This document shows positions 38,938 through 53,521 of a stretch of DNA of 64,000 nucleotides, in pieces. Position numbers and translations under genes: made by a program. The DNA is from Octopus sinensis (Eukaryota), in NCBI RefSeq assembly GCF_006345805.1, contig NC_043007.1, positions 33,604,001 through 33,668,000 on the forward strand, written 5' to 3'. The notes beneath the pieces were generated by a model, which worked only from the letters and a program-made list of their open reading frames with translations, ran no database searches and was not told where the DNA came from. Positions within the stretch are counted from its first letter, which is position 1. The number at the start of each line of letters is the position of its first letter.

Positions 38938-39183
38938 TATTTCTATTACCTATTTCTTTACTACCCACAAGGGGCTAAACATAGAGAGGACAAACAAGGG
39001 CAGACAAACGGATTAAGTCGATTATATCGACCCCAGTGCGTAACTGGTACTTAATTTATCGACCCCGAAAGGATGAAAGGCAAAGTCGACCTCGGCGGAA
39101 TTTGAACTCAGAACGTGGCGGCAGACGAAATATGGCTAGGCGTTTCGCCCAGCGTGCTAACGTTTCTGCCAGCTCGCCACCTT
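38938..39183 (-). mobile_element. SINE family B, young copy
   Basis: Near-identical to the copies at 17379 and 49473. Confidence 0.9.
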
Positions 39184-39427
39184 CTATTTCTCGCCACCGA
39201 CTATTTCTAATACCGAAGTGAGGCCATGCTGGGGCATCCACTACCTTTTGAGTTTTTCAATTAAATGTATATCAAATGATTGGAATGAGGTCAAAAGCAT
39301 GCAGGAGGGAAACATGGTACATGTATGTATGTGTGTGTTTTTGTGTTTGTTTGTATGGTTGTGTTTTTGTGCATCGTTATATGCTTTGTTTTTGTCTGTC
39401 AGTGCTTGTGTGTGAACACTAGTGCTT

Positions 39428-39930
39428 ATGTATGTGTGCTTGTGTGAATGTGTGTGTGCCTTTGCATGTATGATAATATATGCACATATGCCTGTGTATG
39501 TATGTGTGCTTGTGTGAATGTGTGTGTGCCTTTGCATGTATGATAATATATGCACATATGCCTGTGTATGTATGTGTGCTTGTGTGAATGTGTGTGTGCC
39601 TTTGCATGTATGATAATATATGCACATATGCCTGTGTATGTATGTGTGCTTGTGTGAATGTGTGTGTGTGCCTTTGCATGTATGATAATATATGCACATA
39701 TGCCTGTGTATGTATGTGTGCTTGTGTGAATGTGTGTGTGCCTTTGCATGTATGATAGTATATGCACATATGCCTGTGTATGTATGTGTGCTTGTGTGAA
39801 TGTGTGTGTGCCTTTGCATGTATGATAATATATGCACATATGCCTGTGTATGTATGTGTGCTTGTGTGAATGTGTGTGTGCCTTTGCATGTATGATAATA
39901 TATGCACATATGCCTGTGTATGTATGTGTG
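39428..39930. repeat. 70-bp minisatellite, ~7 nearly identical copies
   Basis: TGCACATATG recurs at 39481, 39551, 39621 and onward. Followed by ~165-170 bp diverged related units to ~40360. Confidence 0.95.
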
Positions 39931-40592
39931 TTATATGTGCCTGTGTGTGTGCTTGTCTAAGTATGTGTGCATGTGTGTGCATGCATGCATGATGATGTAT
40001 GCTCATAAGCCTGTGTAAGTGTGTGTGTGTGTATGTGCATGTATGATGATATACACACATTTGCCTGTGTTTATATGTGTTATGTGTGTGTGTATGTATG
40101 ATGATGTATGCACATATGCTTGCCTAAATATGTGTGTGTGTGTGTGCATGCATAATGAAGTATGCTCATATGCCTGTGTAAGTGTGTGTAAGTGTGTGCA
40201 TGTGCATGTATGATGATATACAGACATTTGCTTGTGTATATATGTGTTATGTGTGTATGTATGTATGATGATGTATGCACATACGCTTGCCTAAATATGT
40301 GTGTGTGTGTGTATGTGCATACATAATGAAGTATGCTCATATGACTGTGTAAGTGTGTGTGAATGTGTGTATATAAGTAAGTGTCTATATCTATATGTGT
40401 CTATCTAAGTGTATATGTATATGTGTGTGTGTGTGTTTGTGCAACTGTATGCACATCCATAAGATTCTGTGTCTGTGTTTCACTATAAAGATATTTGTAG
40501 AGATGAGTATGTTTGCAATTCCTTATAGGGCTTGTGTGCATATGTGTCTGTGTTTGTGTGTGTGTGTTTGTGTGTGGTGTGTGTGTGGTGTG

Positions 40593-40627
<35 letters not shown>

Positions 40628-41780
40628 CGTGTGTGTGTGTGTGTCCTTATTGTTTTGCATTAGCTTTCCAAGCCAACAAGGATTAGACAGATCATCCATC
40701 ACAATCCAATTCAGTTCTTATCCAAACGGAATTGGATTGCGTTGCCCAACTAGAAAATTGCCTACAGTTTATTCATATATTCTGCTTTGCCACCATTTCT
40801 CGAACCAGAAGCCCTTGCTAACGCCAATCAAATTTACAGAGAATATTGGATATAACTTATCTAGGTAGTAGCTCAAGAAGGCTGCAATCTCCTTGACAAC
40901 GCAAGTCTACCTTTCCTCTCATTAGCCTTTGTCTCCACTCCTGAGCCAACTGACCACTTGATGGAGTCTACTGGGCATATCTCATCAAGATACCTGCATT
41001 AGTAGAAAACACTTACCAGCTAGTGTTAATTTTGTTGTTGTTGTGGCTGATGGTGTTGATGGTGTTGGTGGTGGTGGTGATGATGGCTTATGATTGTGTT
41101 GCTGTTATTGTTGTTGGTGGTGTTGGTGATGGTAGTAGTGACGGTGGTGTTGGTGTTGGTGTTGGTGTTGGTGGCCCTTATGGTTGGAATTGTAATGCAA
41201 TAACCATGTCTGCAGTGGTCTTGAAGCATGAGAATAAGATAAAGGAGTACGTGGATGTGGGTGAAACAATCCTGTTTTCATTTTGCACTTAGTGACCCAG
41301 CTCTGATAAGCTGATATTCTGCCAAAAATCCTGGCTTTATTAGGGAAAAAAACCCCTTAGGTTTGTTGAGATATCATTTCTTGTATAGAAACAGGCAGAC
41401 CAACGTAAATTGAATAATAAATGGTGTACCTATTTCATGGAAGAACGGTTTATAGCATAAGGTTGGTGAAGATGAGGAAAGGAAGAAGAAGAAGAGAAGA
41501 AGAAGAAGAAGAAGAAGAGAAGAAGAAGAAGAAGAAGAAGAAGAAGAAGAAGAAGAAGAAGAAAACAACCAACATTTATTGCTTAAAATGGCGAAAATAT
41601 TACCCCTTCCAATGTAAGAAAAAAAAATCAGTTATACAACAATAAAAAAAAGTAATAATCAATATTTCTATTAATCAATAATTCATGTAAATGGTATAAT
41701 GTAAAGAACTATCAATATTGTGTTAAAACTGAATAGACATGGGAATAAATGTAAATATTGATTAATATCGATTATTAAAG

Positions 41781-41860
<80 letters not shown>

Positions 41861-41877
41861 GGTGGTGATGAAGATGG

Positions 41878-41930
<53 letters not shown>

Positions 41931-42516
41931 GATGATGATGATGGAGGTGGTGGTGATGTTCTTGATAAAGGTGATAAAGCGGCTGATTCTATTGTTGCTG
42001 TTACTGTGGCTGCCGATGACAACAACAACAACAGTAACGATTTCTTTTATATTCCACTAAGGCAATGAATGGGGTGGGGGACTATCACAATGATGTACAT
42101 AAAGTAAGGGGGTTTACATAGAAAAATCAAATGAGTAAAACCAAATAAGTACACATGGAGTATTAATAATCCTTTCTATTAAAGACATAAAGCCTGAGGT
42201 TTTGGAGAAAGGGGTTAGTCAATTATATTGACTCCAGTGCTCAATCGGTATTTATTTAGTAGACCATGAAAGGATGAAAAGCAAAGCTGATCTTGGTGGA
42301 ATTTGAAATTAGAATGTAAAGATGGATGGAACACTGATAAGCACCTAGTCCAGCTTGCTAATGATTCTGCTTGCTCACCGCCTTATGGTACACAAATGAT
42401 GATTTCAAATTTTGGTACAAGGCTACTAAGCATTTTGTCCTGTGTTTGAATGGTTATGCTAGCTGACCACCTTCAATAATAATTATAATAATAATAATAA
42501 TAATAAAAAAAAATTA

Positions 42517-42897
42517 AAATGCTTTCTAATTGATGTATCAATACCGGCAGATGACAACGTGTCTCTAAAAGAAATGGAGAAACTCTCAAAATACAAAGAC
42601 CTGGAAATAGAGGTAACCAGAATGTGGAATCTAAAAACAGAAACGATTCCTATCATAGTAGGTGCATTAGGCATGATAAAAAAATATTCAGACAAATACA
42701 TAACAAAAACACCAGGACTTACAAACACATATAACATACAGAAAATTGCACTACTAGGCACTGCACACATCCTATGCAGAACACTTTCCATACAATAACC
42801 ATCAGAGCATCACAACAAATCACAGCACATACCCAAGGCACACAGAGCTGCGCTCGGTAGTGAAGTGAAAGCACGCTATAAAAATAAAACTACTGAA
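42517..42897 (+). mobile_element. 5'-truncated R4/Dong-clade non-LTR retrotransposon (RLE C-terminus plus 3'UTR) in (TAA)n
   Basis: Open frame KCFLIDVSIPADDNVSLKEMEKLSKYKDLEIEVTRMWNLKTETIPIIVGALG...KIALLGTAHIL with stop at 42796-98; (TAA)n on both sides. Confidence 0.9.
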
Positions 42898-44016
42898 TAA
42901 TAATAATAATAATAATAATCTTTTCTATACTAGGCACAAGGCCTGAAATTTTGGGGGAGGGGGCCAGTCGATTAGATCGACCCCAGTACACAACCGGTAC
43001 TTAATTTATCAACCCCGAAAGGATGTCTACTATTACTCTCACTCCAGCATGAGGAATAGTAGAAGTGTTATTGAATAGTGAGAGAGAAGGTCAAAGTGTG
43101 ACACACTGACCCATAGAAATTAGTTTCCGCTTTTATTGTATTAGAAGGTGGTGACCTTATGGTATACAAATAATGAAAGATGATGAAGTCCTCATGTTAT
43201 GGGTAGACTGTCCTTTAGAGTGAACCAAAAGCCCCAGAGATCCAGTGTAACTTAGTGAACCGAGGGCTAGTGCCTTCTGCAAGTGTCTAGTATACTGGCT
43301 TTTAGTCAGAGTGATCCCATCTAGCCATGCTTTGCTTGGCCTGAAGCTATAGCAGCAGAAACCTGCTCAAGATGCACTACAGTTGAACTGAATCTCAAAC
43401 CAAGCAAATTTCTTAATCACGCAGCGACACCTGTGCTAATATGCATGAGTGTGTGCATGTGTGCACACGTGCATGGGTACTCTTGTGTGTATACAGATAC
43501 CTACAAGTATGCATATACTTTATAAACAAGAAATATTCAATCCTCGGCTCACAAATTGGAATAAGGACTTGAAATGGTTGATTCAATCAAGGAGATAACA
43601 CACACACACACACACATATACATATATATGTACATATATATACATAGATATATATGAATATATACAAACACACATATATGTAAAGATATATATATATATG
43701 TATACATACATAATATATGTATATATATATATATATATATGCATAAATACATAATGCATACATATATATATGTATATATGTATATATGTGTGTGTGCATA
43801 CGCACACATAAGACTACATATATAGAAGCAATAGGTTCAGATTGTTCCGTTCGTATGAACTATTGGTTTAATGTATCTGATGGTCATATAATAAAGAAAA
43901 TTGCTACAGATATAAATCACAAAATTTTCTTCCTTCAGTGAACAAGAAAGACATGAAACAACTAGTTGCCATGAAGAAATAATCTCCGCAAATAACACAA
44001 CACATACATATATGTC

Positions 44017-44049
<33 letters not shown>

Positions 44050-44446
44050 GGATCTATCTATCTATCTAATTATCTATCTATCTATATATATAGATATAGC
44101 TATATATATACACATATATATATATATATTATATATATATATATAATATATATAGATAGATAGATAGATAGACAGATAGATAGATAGATAGATACATGTA
44201 CATATATGTATATATGTAGAAAAATGAATACATGTGTGTGTGGTGTGTGTGTGTGTGTGTGTTTGTCTATGTGTGTCGTACGTGTGCCTTGACGACCACA
44301 GTAGGTTTATCCACAACCTCATAAGATAGTTATTTGGTGAAAGGAGATCAACAGAATAAAATGCACAAAATAATACTAAAACAAGAATAAAATGAAAAAA
44401 AGCATACATACTACATAATATACTATATAATACAATATGATATAAT

Positions 44447-44609
44447 AGGTGTAGAAGTGGCTGTGTGGTAAGTAGCTTGCTTACGAACCACATGGTTCTG
44501 GGTTCAGTCCCACTGCGTGGCACCTTGGGCAAGTGTCTTCAACTATATCCTTGGGCTGACCAAAGCCTTGTGAGTGGATTTGGTAGACGGAAACTGAAAG
44601 AAGCCCGTC

Positions 44610-44643
<34 letters not shown>

Positions 44644-44810
44644 ATGTATGTATGTGTGTGTATATGTTTGTGTGTCTGTGTTTACGTCCCCGTAACTTAA
44701 TGGCGCGGCAAAAGAGACCGAAAGAGTAAGTACTAGGGGTCGATTTGCTCGACTAAAATGTGGTGCTTCAGCATGGCCACAGTCAAATGACTGAAACAAG
44801 TGAAGGTGTA
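44447..44810 (+). mobile_element. SINE family A
   Basis: Near-consensus head; tail with internal deletions. Confidence 0.88.
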
Positions 44811-44957
44811 AGAAGTAATATATAATATAATATAATCATCTTTGAGTTTGCTCAATTGAAAGGCATGGCCTATAGGGCAAAATTCCTCATCTTTAAAATG
44901 TGGGCCAAGTGGACCCGAATGAAATCGGGTTATAATACTAGATTTATATATGTAAAA

Positions 44958-45428
44958 ATGTGGTGAGCTGGCAAAATTATTAGCATGCTGGGTAGAATGC
45001 TTTGCGGCATTTCATCCATTTTTATGTTCTGAGTTCAAATTCCACCAAGGCTGACTTTGCCATTCATCCTTTTGAGGTCAATAAATTAAGTACCAGTTAC
45101 ACACTGGGATCAATGTAATCAACTAACCCCTAAATCCAGGCCTTGTACCTATAGTAGAAAGGATTATATTATATAAACGCATGTCTCATCATCATTTTCA
45201 TCATCATTATTGTTTTAATATCCACCTTCCATGCAAACATATATTCTTTTCTACTCTACGCACAAGACCTGAAATTTTTAGGGAGAGGACCTATCATTTA
45301 GATCGACTCCAGTACACAACTGGCACTTAATTTATCAACCCCAAAATGATGAAGGCAAAGTCAATGTTCACGAAATTTGAACTCAGAACAAAAAGACTGA
45401 CAAAATACTGCTAAGCATTTTGCCTGGC
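44958..45428. mobile_element. Two family B SINEs in opposite orientation (44958-45165 +, 45245-45428 -)
   Basis: GAGTTCAAATTCC..AAGTACCAG on + and GAAATTTGAACTCAGAAC on the other copy. Confidence 0.8.
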
Positions 45429-45502
<74 letters not shown>

Positions 45503-46708
45503 GATAGATAGATACATGTAACTATATATATTAAATGATAAACATGAATGTACAAGCATACAATATTAATATATACAAATAAATTTACCTAGAGCATAAA
45601 AAAATACAGAATACTAAGGAAAGAATGCAAAGTTTTTAACTCAACAGCTGTTTCTGAAAGTTCAGAATTATGTAATAGACTTAGTGTTCATAATTAGCAA
45701 ATGGAATGTGTCTTCTATACTGAGTATCTCTAGTTCTCATTTTTTGACTAAATATATAGATATATATTTACACACACACCCCTAAACACAAATATACATA
45801 TATTTACACATATGTATTAAATATATCTTAAACCTGTATATATAATGAATATATTTAGAGATTATACAGACACACATATGGTTGTTTAGTTCATTTAATG
45901 CAAGAATCCAGAGCAGACCTTTTGCGTTCTCTCCTCTCCATATTTTTACCTGCAAATGTTGTAGGCAGAATTGGTTGCAAATATCATCGACACTGTCCCA
46001 CTTCTTATCATTAACATAAACCAAAAAAAAAGGACAAAAATCAAAAAAAAAACAAAACAAGTATAATGTCTGTTTCCAACATGAAGAGAATAAATGTTAG
46101 TTGCTATATCTGTAAAGACTAGAATACATTTAATAGACAGAAGGAAGATTATTGTGATTGAAGACTGGCATTTTGTGAAGTGACTTGTTATGATCAACAT
46201 TTTCGTAGATTATGACTTTCCAGAGAAAATTCTTAGTGCTAATGAGGTCTGACTTTTTTGACATTTATAAGATGAACTTCATGGAACACAAGAAATTGGT
46301 CATTCAGAAAAAAGACTCAGTTATGGCTTGATGTGAAATTGCTGTGGCGGCAAGGTATCTAGGGGATTTAAGCTACATTACAATGAGTTCAAGCCTTGCT
46401 GTTTATAACTACGACTACTACTGTAAATTTATTGTGTTGTGCCAATGAGGAAGAAGCCACTGTATAATTGTTTGAACCGAGAGAAATAGAAGACATGTGA
46501 TATTCAAATGGCATTCTAGCTTCTTAAAGAAAGACACACAGAGGACACTCACTTATAGCTTTGTATTCATATCAATCTCTCTCTCCCCCTTCTCTCTCTC
46601 TCTCTCTCTCTTTCAATATATGTGTATTTGTGTGTGTATTTGTATGTATATGTATATATGTATATCTGCCAATTTACCTAGTCCTGTATCACGACGACAA
46701 CGACGACC

Positions 46709-46742
<34 letters not shown>

Positions 46743-46840
46743 TCATCATCACCACCATCATCATCATCATCATCATCATGAACATCAGCTCTTTTGGCAG
46801 CTCTTTTGGCTGTGTATTTAATTTGATATATATGCATGTA

Positions 46841-46874
<34 letters not shown>

Positions 46875-46884
46875 CATACATACA

Positions 46885-46917
<33 letters not shown>

Positions 46918-47410
46918 GTATCCTCATACACACACACACATGTGTTTTTTAGCAAAAGAGTGACAGAGACACTGAGATTCAGTCTTCATGGCCATAAACA
47001 TGTCAAATTTGATGCATGAATTGGAGTAAAACACTGGATACTTGCATCTCTGTATCTTCTTGAGTAAATAAAAATAGTATAAATATAAATACTCTGCTTT
47101 ATGTATTAAGTTTTATTTCTCTCAATTCTAAAAACAACCTCACACAGACATATATATATATTAGTTCATATAGATAGAGTGTGTTTATAATATATTCGCT
47201 GAGGGCTTCCTTAGGTTTAGCATTTTCTACATATATCGGTAATGTAATTTTAGGTGTTTAATTAATTTTAATTTTTTAATTTTTAAAAATATATTTTCAA
47301 TTTATATATTTTTATTATATTTTTATTCATTTTCTTATTTTTCTATTTAACATGACTTATAATATGTATTTTTAACTTTGATCCATTAATAATAATAACA
47401 GTAAGATATA

Positions 47411-47491
47411 TAGCCTGAGGGTGCACTGCTGGATTTATGTATTAGGTATAGCCTTGATAAACACCCCACTAGTGCAGAAATATGTGTAGCA
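47411..47491 (+). ncRNA. Degenerate hammerhead ribozyme motif with long stem II
   Basis: GC-CUGAGGg-UGCACU...AGUGCA-GAAAU-AUGU-GUA-GC, inside an AT-rich insert following (TA)n. Confidence 0.45.
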
Positions 47492-48072
47492 TTGATTAAA
47501 AATATCTTCTTTCCCCACAGACTAATAACAGGTAAGTTATATAGATTTTTTCAAATAATTTTATTATTTTATAGTAGGTTGTTTTTAAATGCTTATATTA
47601 CTTTATTGGATATAACTTTCTATGTGTATTCCTTACAATAAGGTTATCCTGAAATAGGAGTTGCAGTTCTATTGGTAAAATCCCAAATTTGTAATAATAT
47701 TATATATGTATATTTCTGTATGTGTAAATAGAGACATATGTTTATAGAAAAGTGGTCAGCAAAAAGAAGTAGCATTCAAGGTATTTAACTGGGATTTATG
47801 TATTTAATCATAATTTGGTTCAGCTTCACATTGCTTAAAGTTTCGCAGGCAGTTACCTTTTCACATGTCAAATTCCAACTCCATTCAAGCAAAGACGTGG
47901 ACACTCGTTATGGCCACAAGATGTGAAGTATTATGGAGCTGAGTCAACATGTTATTAAATGCTCAATTCCTCTTTCTTTCTTTCTTTCTCCCCCTCTGTT
48001 TTTCTATGTATTTATGTATCTATGTATCTCTGTGTACATCTGCCTCTCTCTCTATCTATCTATTTGTATGTA

Positions 48073-48116
<44 letters not shown>

Positions 48117-48404
48117 CTTACATACATCATGTCATACATCGCATCATATCATACACAAATAGATATGAAGATATATACATATATGAATATAATACACATA
48201 TATATATATATGTATTAGTATATATATATATATATACACAAATATACTAATAGATACATTCATACATATACATATATATATATATAAGTACACACACACT
48301 TACACACACACCATACAAATTCGCATATGTACATGCATAGATATAAAACCAGACATATATACATACATGTGTGTGTGTATATATATACATATACATACAC
48401 ACAT

Positions 48405-48450
<46 letters not shown>

Positions 48451-49116
48451 TATGTGTGTGTGAGAGTATACATATACACCTAGAAATAGAGAGTTATATA
48501 CATATGCACATATACATACATATAAAGGCAATTACTGCTTGCCTGTTTGAAGTTTGCAATACTACATTGGATGTTTTCAATACATCACAAGAGGAATCTC
48601 ATCACATTGCTAACATCCATAATAGTATATCTTTCTTCACGGCCTAACATAACATTACGGTTTTTCGTCTATTTTGTTACGATTTTGTCTTTCCTGTTTA
48701 GGAGTACAAGCAGCAATGGCCTGTTGCAAAACAAACATAATTTACCTCATAAATAACATATATAAGTGTGTGTATATGAACATGTGTATGGGTGTATATA
48801 TGTGTGTATGTGTGTGTGTGTATACATAAATACAGACACAGGCGTATACACACACATACACACATATATATACAATATATATATACAAATATATATATGC
48901 ACACATATTTACACATATACATACACTGATGCATATACACGTGCATAAATGCTTATGCATACACATGTGTATATATACATATGTATGTATATATGTGTAT
49001 ATATATATGTGTGTGTGTGTGCATATATATATATACATATATATATGTATATATATGTGTATATTGAGATATATATATGCATACATACATATATACATAC
49101 ATACATACATACATAT

Positions 49117-49164
<48 letters not shown>

Positions 49165-49472
49165 CACATATATATATATATATATGAAAGAAATGTACTC
49201 AATACACTGTGTAGAGTTTACACTCTTTAGGAATCAGGTTGATATGTCAGATTATATATATTAATTTATGTCTGCATGAGTGTATATAAACATATATGAA
49301 TATATATACATGCAGATATTTGTGATGCACACACAAATAGACACATATACAATTTTATACATATGTATATATATATATGTATCTAAATTATATATATGCA
49401 TTATATACATTTATGTATACATTATACACACATAAATGTATATATACATATATATATGTGTGTGTGTGTATA

Positions 49473-49708
49473 CCTATTTCTTTATTACCCACAAGGGGCT
49501 AAACACAGAGGGAACAAACAAGGACAGACATAGGTATTAAGTCGACTGCATCGACCCCAGTGCGTAACTGGTACTTAATTTATCGACCCCGAAAGGATGA
49601 AAGGCTAAGTCGACCTCGGCGGAATTTGAACTCAGAACGTATCGGCAGACGAAATACCGCTAAGCATTTCGCCCGGCGTGCTAACGTTTCTGCCAGCTCG
49701 CCGCCTTA
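49473..49708 (-). mobile_element. SINE family B, young full length
   Basis: TSD TGTGTGTGTATACC on both sides. Confidence 0.92.
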
Positions 49709-50266
49709 TTGTGTGTGTATACCATCATCATCATCATCCTTTAACACCTCATTTCCATGCCATATATAATATATATATGTGTGTGTGTGTGTGTGTATAC
49801 ACACACACTCATATATATACATATATATATGTATATACATGCACACACACACACAGAGGCTCACACACATATACACCCTTATCCACACAGACATATACAC
49901 AATGATACATATGTGTTTCTGAATATAATGGAAATCCTATGAAACATCATTGAACACTAGTGATAATAAAAAAAAGGAGAAGAGAGTGTTAGGCGCAGAT
50001 AATCAATCACTAGCAATTGGAATGCACAATATTTGATAGATAATCTAATCCATATTCTCTACCAGCTAAAGTACCAGAACGAAAAGATTGATAGAACCTT
50101 CTATCATGTAAGTAATGATATTCATAAATTTGGAATCTCTTCAGTTCTTTCAACAGGCATGTATATGAATGAAGCAAGTGCCAATCGTGAATCTAAAGTT
50201 TATATGTATGCATGTATGCATGTATGTATATATGTATGTATATATGTATGTATGTATATATGTATG

Positions 50267-50298
<32 letters not shown>

Positions 50299-50445
50299 CA
50301 TGTATGTATGTATGTCATTGTATGTATGTATGTATGTATGTATGTATGTATGTATGTATGTATCTATCTATCTATCTATATCTATATCCATCTATGTATG
50401 TATGTTGTGTGTGTGTGTATATATGTGTGTCTGTATATATATATT

Positions 50446-50483
<38 letters not shown>

Positions 50484-50596
50484 TAGATAGATAGATAGAA
50501 AATTGATAGATAGATAGATAGATAGATAGATATAGATACATATAGATAGATAGATAGATAGATAGATATATATAGATACATATAGATATGATATAT

Positions 50597-51090
50597 AATG
50601 CCCAGGAAGCTCTCTTGAGGTTCTTGATTGTTTCTGTTACCTAGGTGATGAAATTAGCAATGGTGGAGGATGCTCTGAAAGTATTGTTTCTTGAATAAGA
50701 ATTGGGTGGAGGACGTTCAGTGAGCTATTATCTCTGAAGACAAGCATAGATTAGAGAGAAAGAAAGGTAGTATGCTCTGTTGGATGTGCAATATCTGTGC
50801 ACGTGTATGACAAATGTATTGAGAGAAAAATTTAGCATAAGAGGAATCAAATGCAGCATGCAAGAGAGAAGACTATGTTGGTTTGGACATGTGATGTGTA
50901 TGAATGAGGGCAGCTGCATAAAGAAGTGCCGGTCACTGAAAGTGTGAAAGAGGGAGACCCAAGAAGATATGAGATGAAGTGCTAAGGATTGATCTCAGGG
51001 AGTTGGAACACATGGAGGAAATGACCATGGACTGAGATGTCTGGCAGCATGAAGTTCTTGAGAAGACCCGCCCACATCAGCAAAACTGGG
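50597..51090 (+). pseudogene. RTE-clade LINE 3' fragment (RT thumb and C-terminus)
   Basis: [40 protein letters not shown] ... MQERRLCWFGHVMCMNE ... RGRPKK, with stops and deletions. Confidence 0.85.
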
Positions 51091-52012
51091 TTCTAGAAGT
51101 GCTCTCTACCACAATGAACCAAACAACATCTCTACATCTCCTCTCTTCCTCACATTTATGCTTCATGATTCATGATTACCCCCCCCCACTCCCCAATATT
51201 GTCCCCTTGGCCCAGTGCCACTGTATCATTGCTCTCTGCTTGCCCCTGCCTTGTGCGTTCTACCCACATGCCTTGTTTCACTTTATTATTGCCATCTGCT
51301 AGACCTTGACAATGAAATAAAATGAAATAAAATATTTAGAAACTTTGGAAAATACATATACAACACAAACACACACATACACATATATACAAAAACACAG
51401 ACACATATACACACAAACACACAGGCACAAACAAACAAACAGACACACATGCACGTATACAGGACATGTTTCTTTTAGTTTCTATCTCGTAAGTCCAGAC
51501 ACAAGGCTATGGATGGCCTAGGGCTATATTAGAAAACATGGGCAAGGTTCTACATAATGAGAGAGTGCTCATAAAATATGATGGGAAATGAAGTTCTTAA
51601 CCCACTCATATATACATATATATACATATATATATATACACACACACACACACATTTGTATGTATGCATATTTATTTCCTCATATTTCTTTCTGTTGAAG
51701 AGCATAGGCTCAGAATATAAAAGACTTTCTCACGTTCCCAAGCGTCAAACTAATATACTTCCTTGTTTGTTCATACACCTGTTTTCATCTTTTGTTTCTC
51801 TGTAAATTTCAACTAAATTTACACATGTATATGTATATGTATATATATTTATATGTATGTATATATATATATATATTTGTATGTATGTATGCATGTATGT
51901 ATATATATATATGTATATGATATATGTATATATATATATGTATGTATATATATATATGTATATAATATATGTTTGTATCTATCTATCTATCTATCTATCT
52001 GTTTGTATCTAT

Positions 52013-52112
52013 NNNNNNNNNNNNNNNNNNNNNNNNNNNNNNNNNNNNNNNNNNNNNNNNNNNNNNNNNNNNNNNNNNNNNNNNNNNNNNNNNNNNNNNN
52101 NNNNNNNNNNNN
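52013..52112. other. Assembly gap (100 N)
   Basis: Run of n. Confidence 1.
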
Positions 52113-52452
52113 AAAGTCCGGACATGAAGGGGTGAAGATAATCAGGGAGAGCAGAGGTGGAAGGAAGGAGGAAGGAAGAAGGAAAAAAAAGAGAAAAGAA
52201 AAATGCATAAAAGCCCAGAGAGATCAGAATATATTTATAATATATACTTCCTCATCTAGTTGGGGTGGTAGTCCAGAGGTAGGAACGTCAGTTGAAAGCA
52301 TGATTGCGCACCCACCATATATATATATAATAGCATTGTTATATACATATAGCTATATATATATATATATATTATATATATAATATATATATACAAATAT
52401 ATATATACATATTACACATTCACACACACACACAAGCATATAAGTATATATG

Positions 52453-52488
<36 letters not shown>

Positions 52489-52553
52489 ATACACATACAT
52501 ACAAACATACACACACACATGTATATGTGATATACGTACATGCATATACATAC

Positions 52554-52597
<44 letters not shown>

Positions 52598-52837
52598 GTG
52601 TGTATTGCTGATGAGCATTCTTCGACTTTTTCTGTCTAAAAGGTTTTCGCAACCTAATATTTGCAATCATTTATACCTCTAATGTGCATCGAGATTCAGT
52701 TCCAACATGTATGTGTGTGTATACACATATATAACCACATATATATATATATACATATATATATATAATATATATATATATTATATATATATCTATATAT
52801 TAATATATAGATACACATATATATATATATACAGATA

Positions 52838-53065
52838 AGGGTGAAATATAATTAATTTAATAAATCAACAAATTCCACCAAGTAGTATTTCGGTATAGAA
52901 AATACCATATTCGGTTAAGTATATATAATTATAACAATGAGGGTCTTTGCAACAAGTTTGCTAGACCACCGAAAGTATTTAGAAATAGCAGCCAGAAAAC
53001 TATTATTCCTTTTACTACAAAAATATGTCTCCACAGACAACAGTATTTGTAACTCATTATTGTCA
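52838..53065 (-). mobile_element. (TA)n-flanked pseudo-LTR-like remnant
   Basis: The end AAGGGTGAAATATAATTAATTT..CACCAAGTAG is shared with 30852 and with the extension of the 53 kb palindrome. Confidence 0.55.
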
Positions 53066-53104
<39 letters not shown>

Positions 53105-53255
53105 ATATATATACACATATAAGAGAGTTAACGATAAGTGGCTAACTCTAGTGCTAGAAATAACTCCTTATTCTGGTATAGCCACCGAAGATTTTTTCCA
53201 CAGCAGAAACAGCATTACCCTCAACATAGGGGAAGCGAAATACAACAAAAAGATC

Positions 53256-53333
53256 AATACTGAACAATTGTTTCCTTATCAACATAATATGTAATCATAC
53301 TCACATATTTGTCTATAATTCATCAGCAGTATT
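53256..53333 (-). ncRNA. Type I hammerhead ribozyme motif, core intact
   Basis: Minus strand: AAUACUG-CUGAUGA-a[UUAU..AAUAUGUGA..UUACAUAUU..AUAA]g-GAAAC-AAUU-GUU-CAGUAUU. 7-bp stem I, palindromic stem III, GUU triplet. Confidence 0.8.
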
Positions 53334-53443
53334 TGTCCTCGATACAATTTATCAGACCCACACAGGGGATGAAATACACATATAGATCAGACCCCATGTG
53401 TATTTCATCGCCCGTGTGGGTCTGATAAATTGTATCGAGGACA

Positions 53444-53521
53444 AATACTGCTGATGAATTATAGACAAATATGTGAGTATGATTACATATTATGTTGATA
53501 AGGAAAAAATTGTTCAGTATT
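53444..53521 (+). ncRNA. Type I hammerhead ribozyme motif (mirror copy, GAAAC>GAAAA)
   Basis: Same as the 53256-53333 motif except one C>A change in stem III. Confidence 0.72.

Noticed and set aside
39241-40060. 222-aa and 213-aa His/Cys-rich ORFs resembling zinc fingers
   Set aside because: Products of a 70-bp repeat, not a multiple of 3, so frames rotate; no C2H2 spacing.
44270-44350. TTGACGACCA...TGGTGAAAG
   Set aside because: Core register and stem I do not fit.
52605-52640. CTGATGAG box after (TG)n
   Set aside because: No matching GAAA box or stems nearby.
5600-52995. Recurring GGCTGCTATTTCTAG-like motif (5605, 25282, 30975, 37295, 38695, 52980)
   Set aside because: Probably remnants of an old repeat; boundaries could not be defined.
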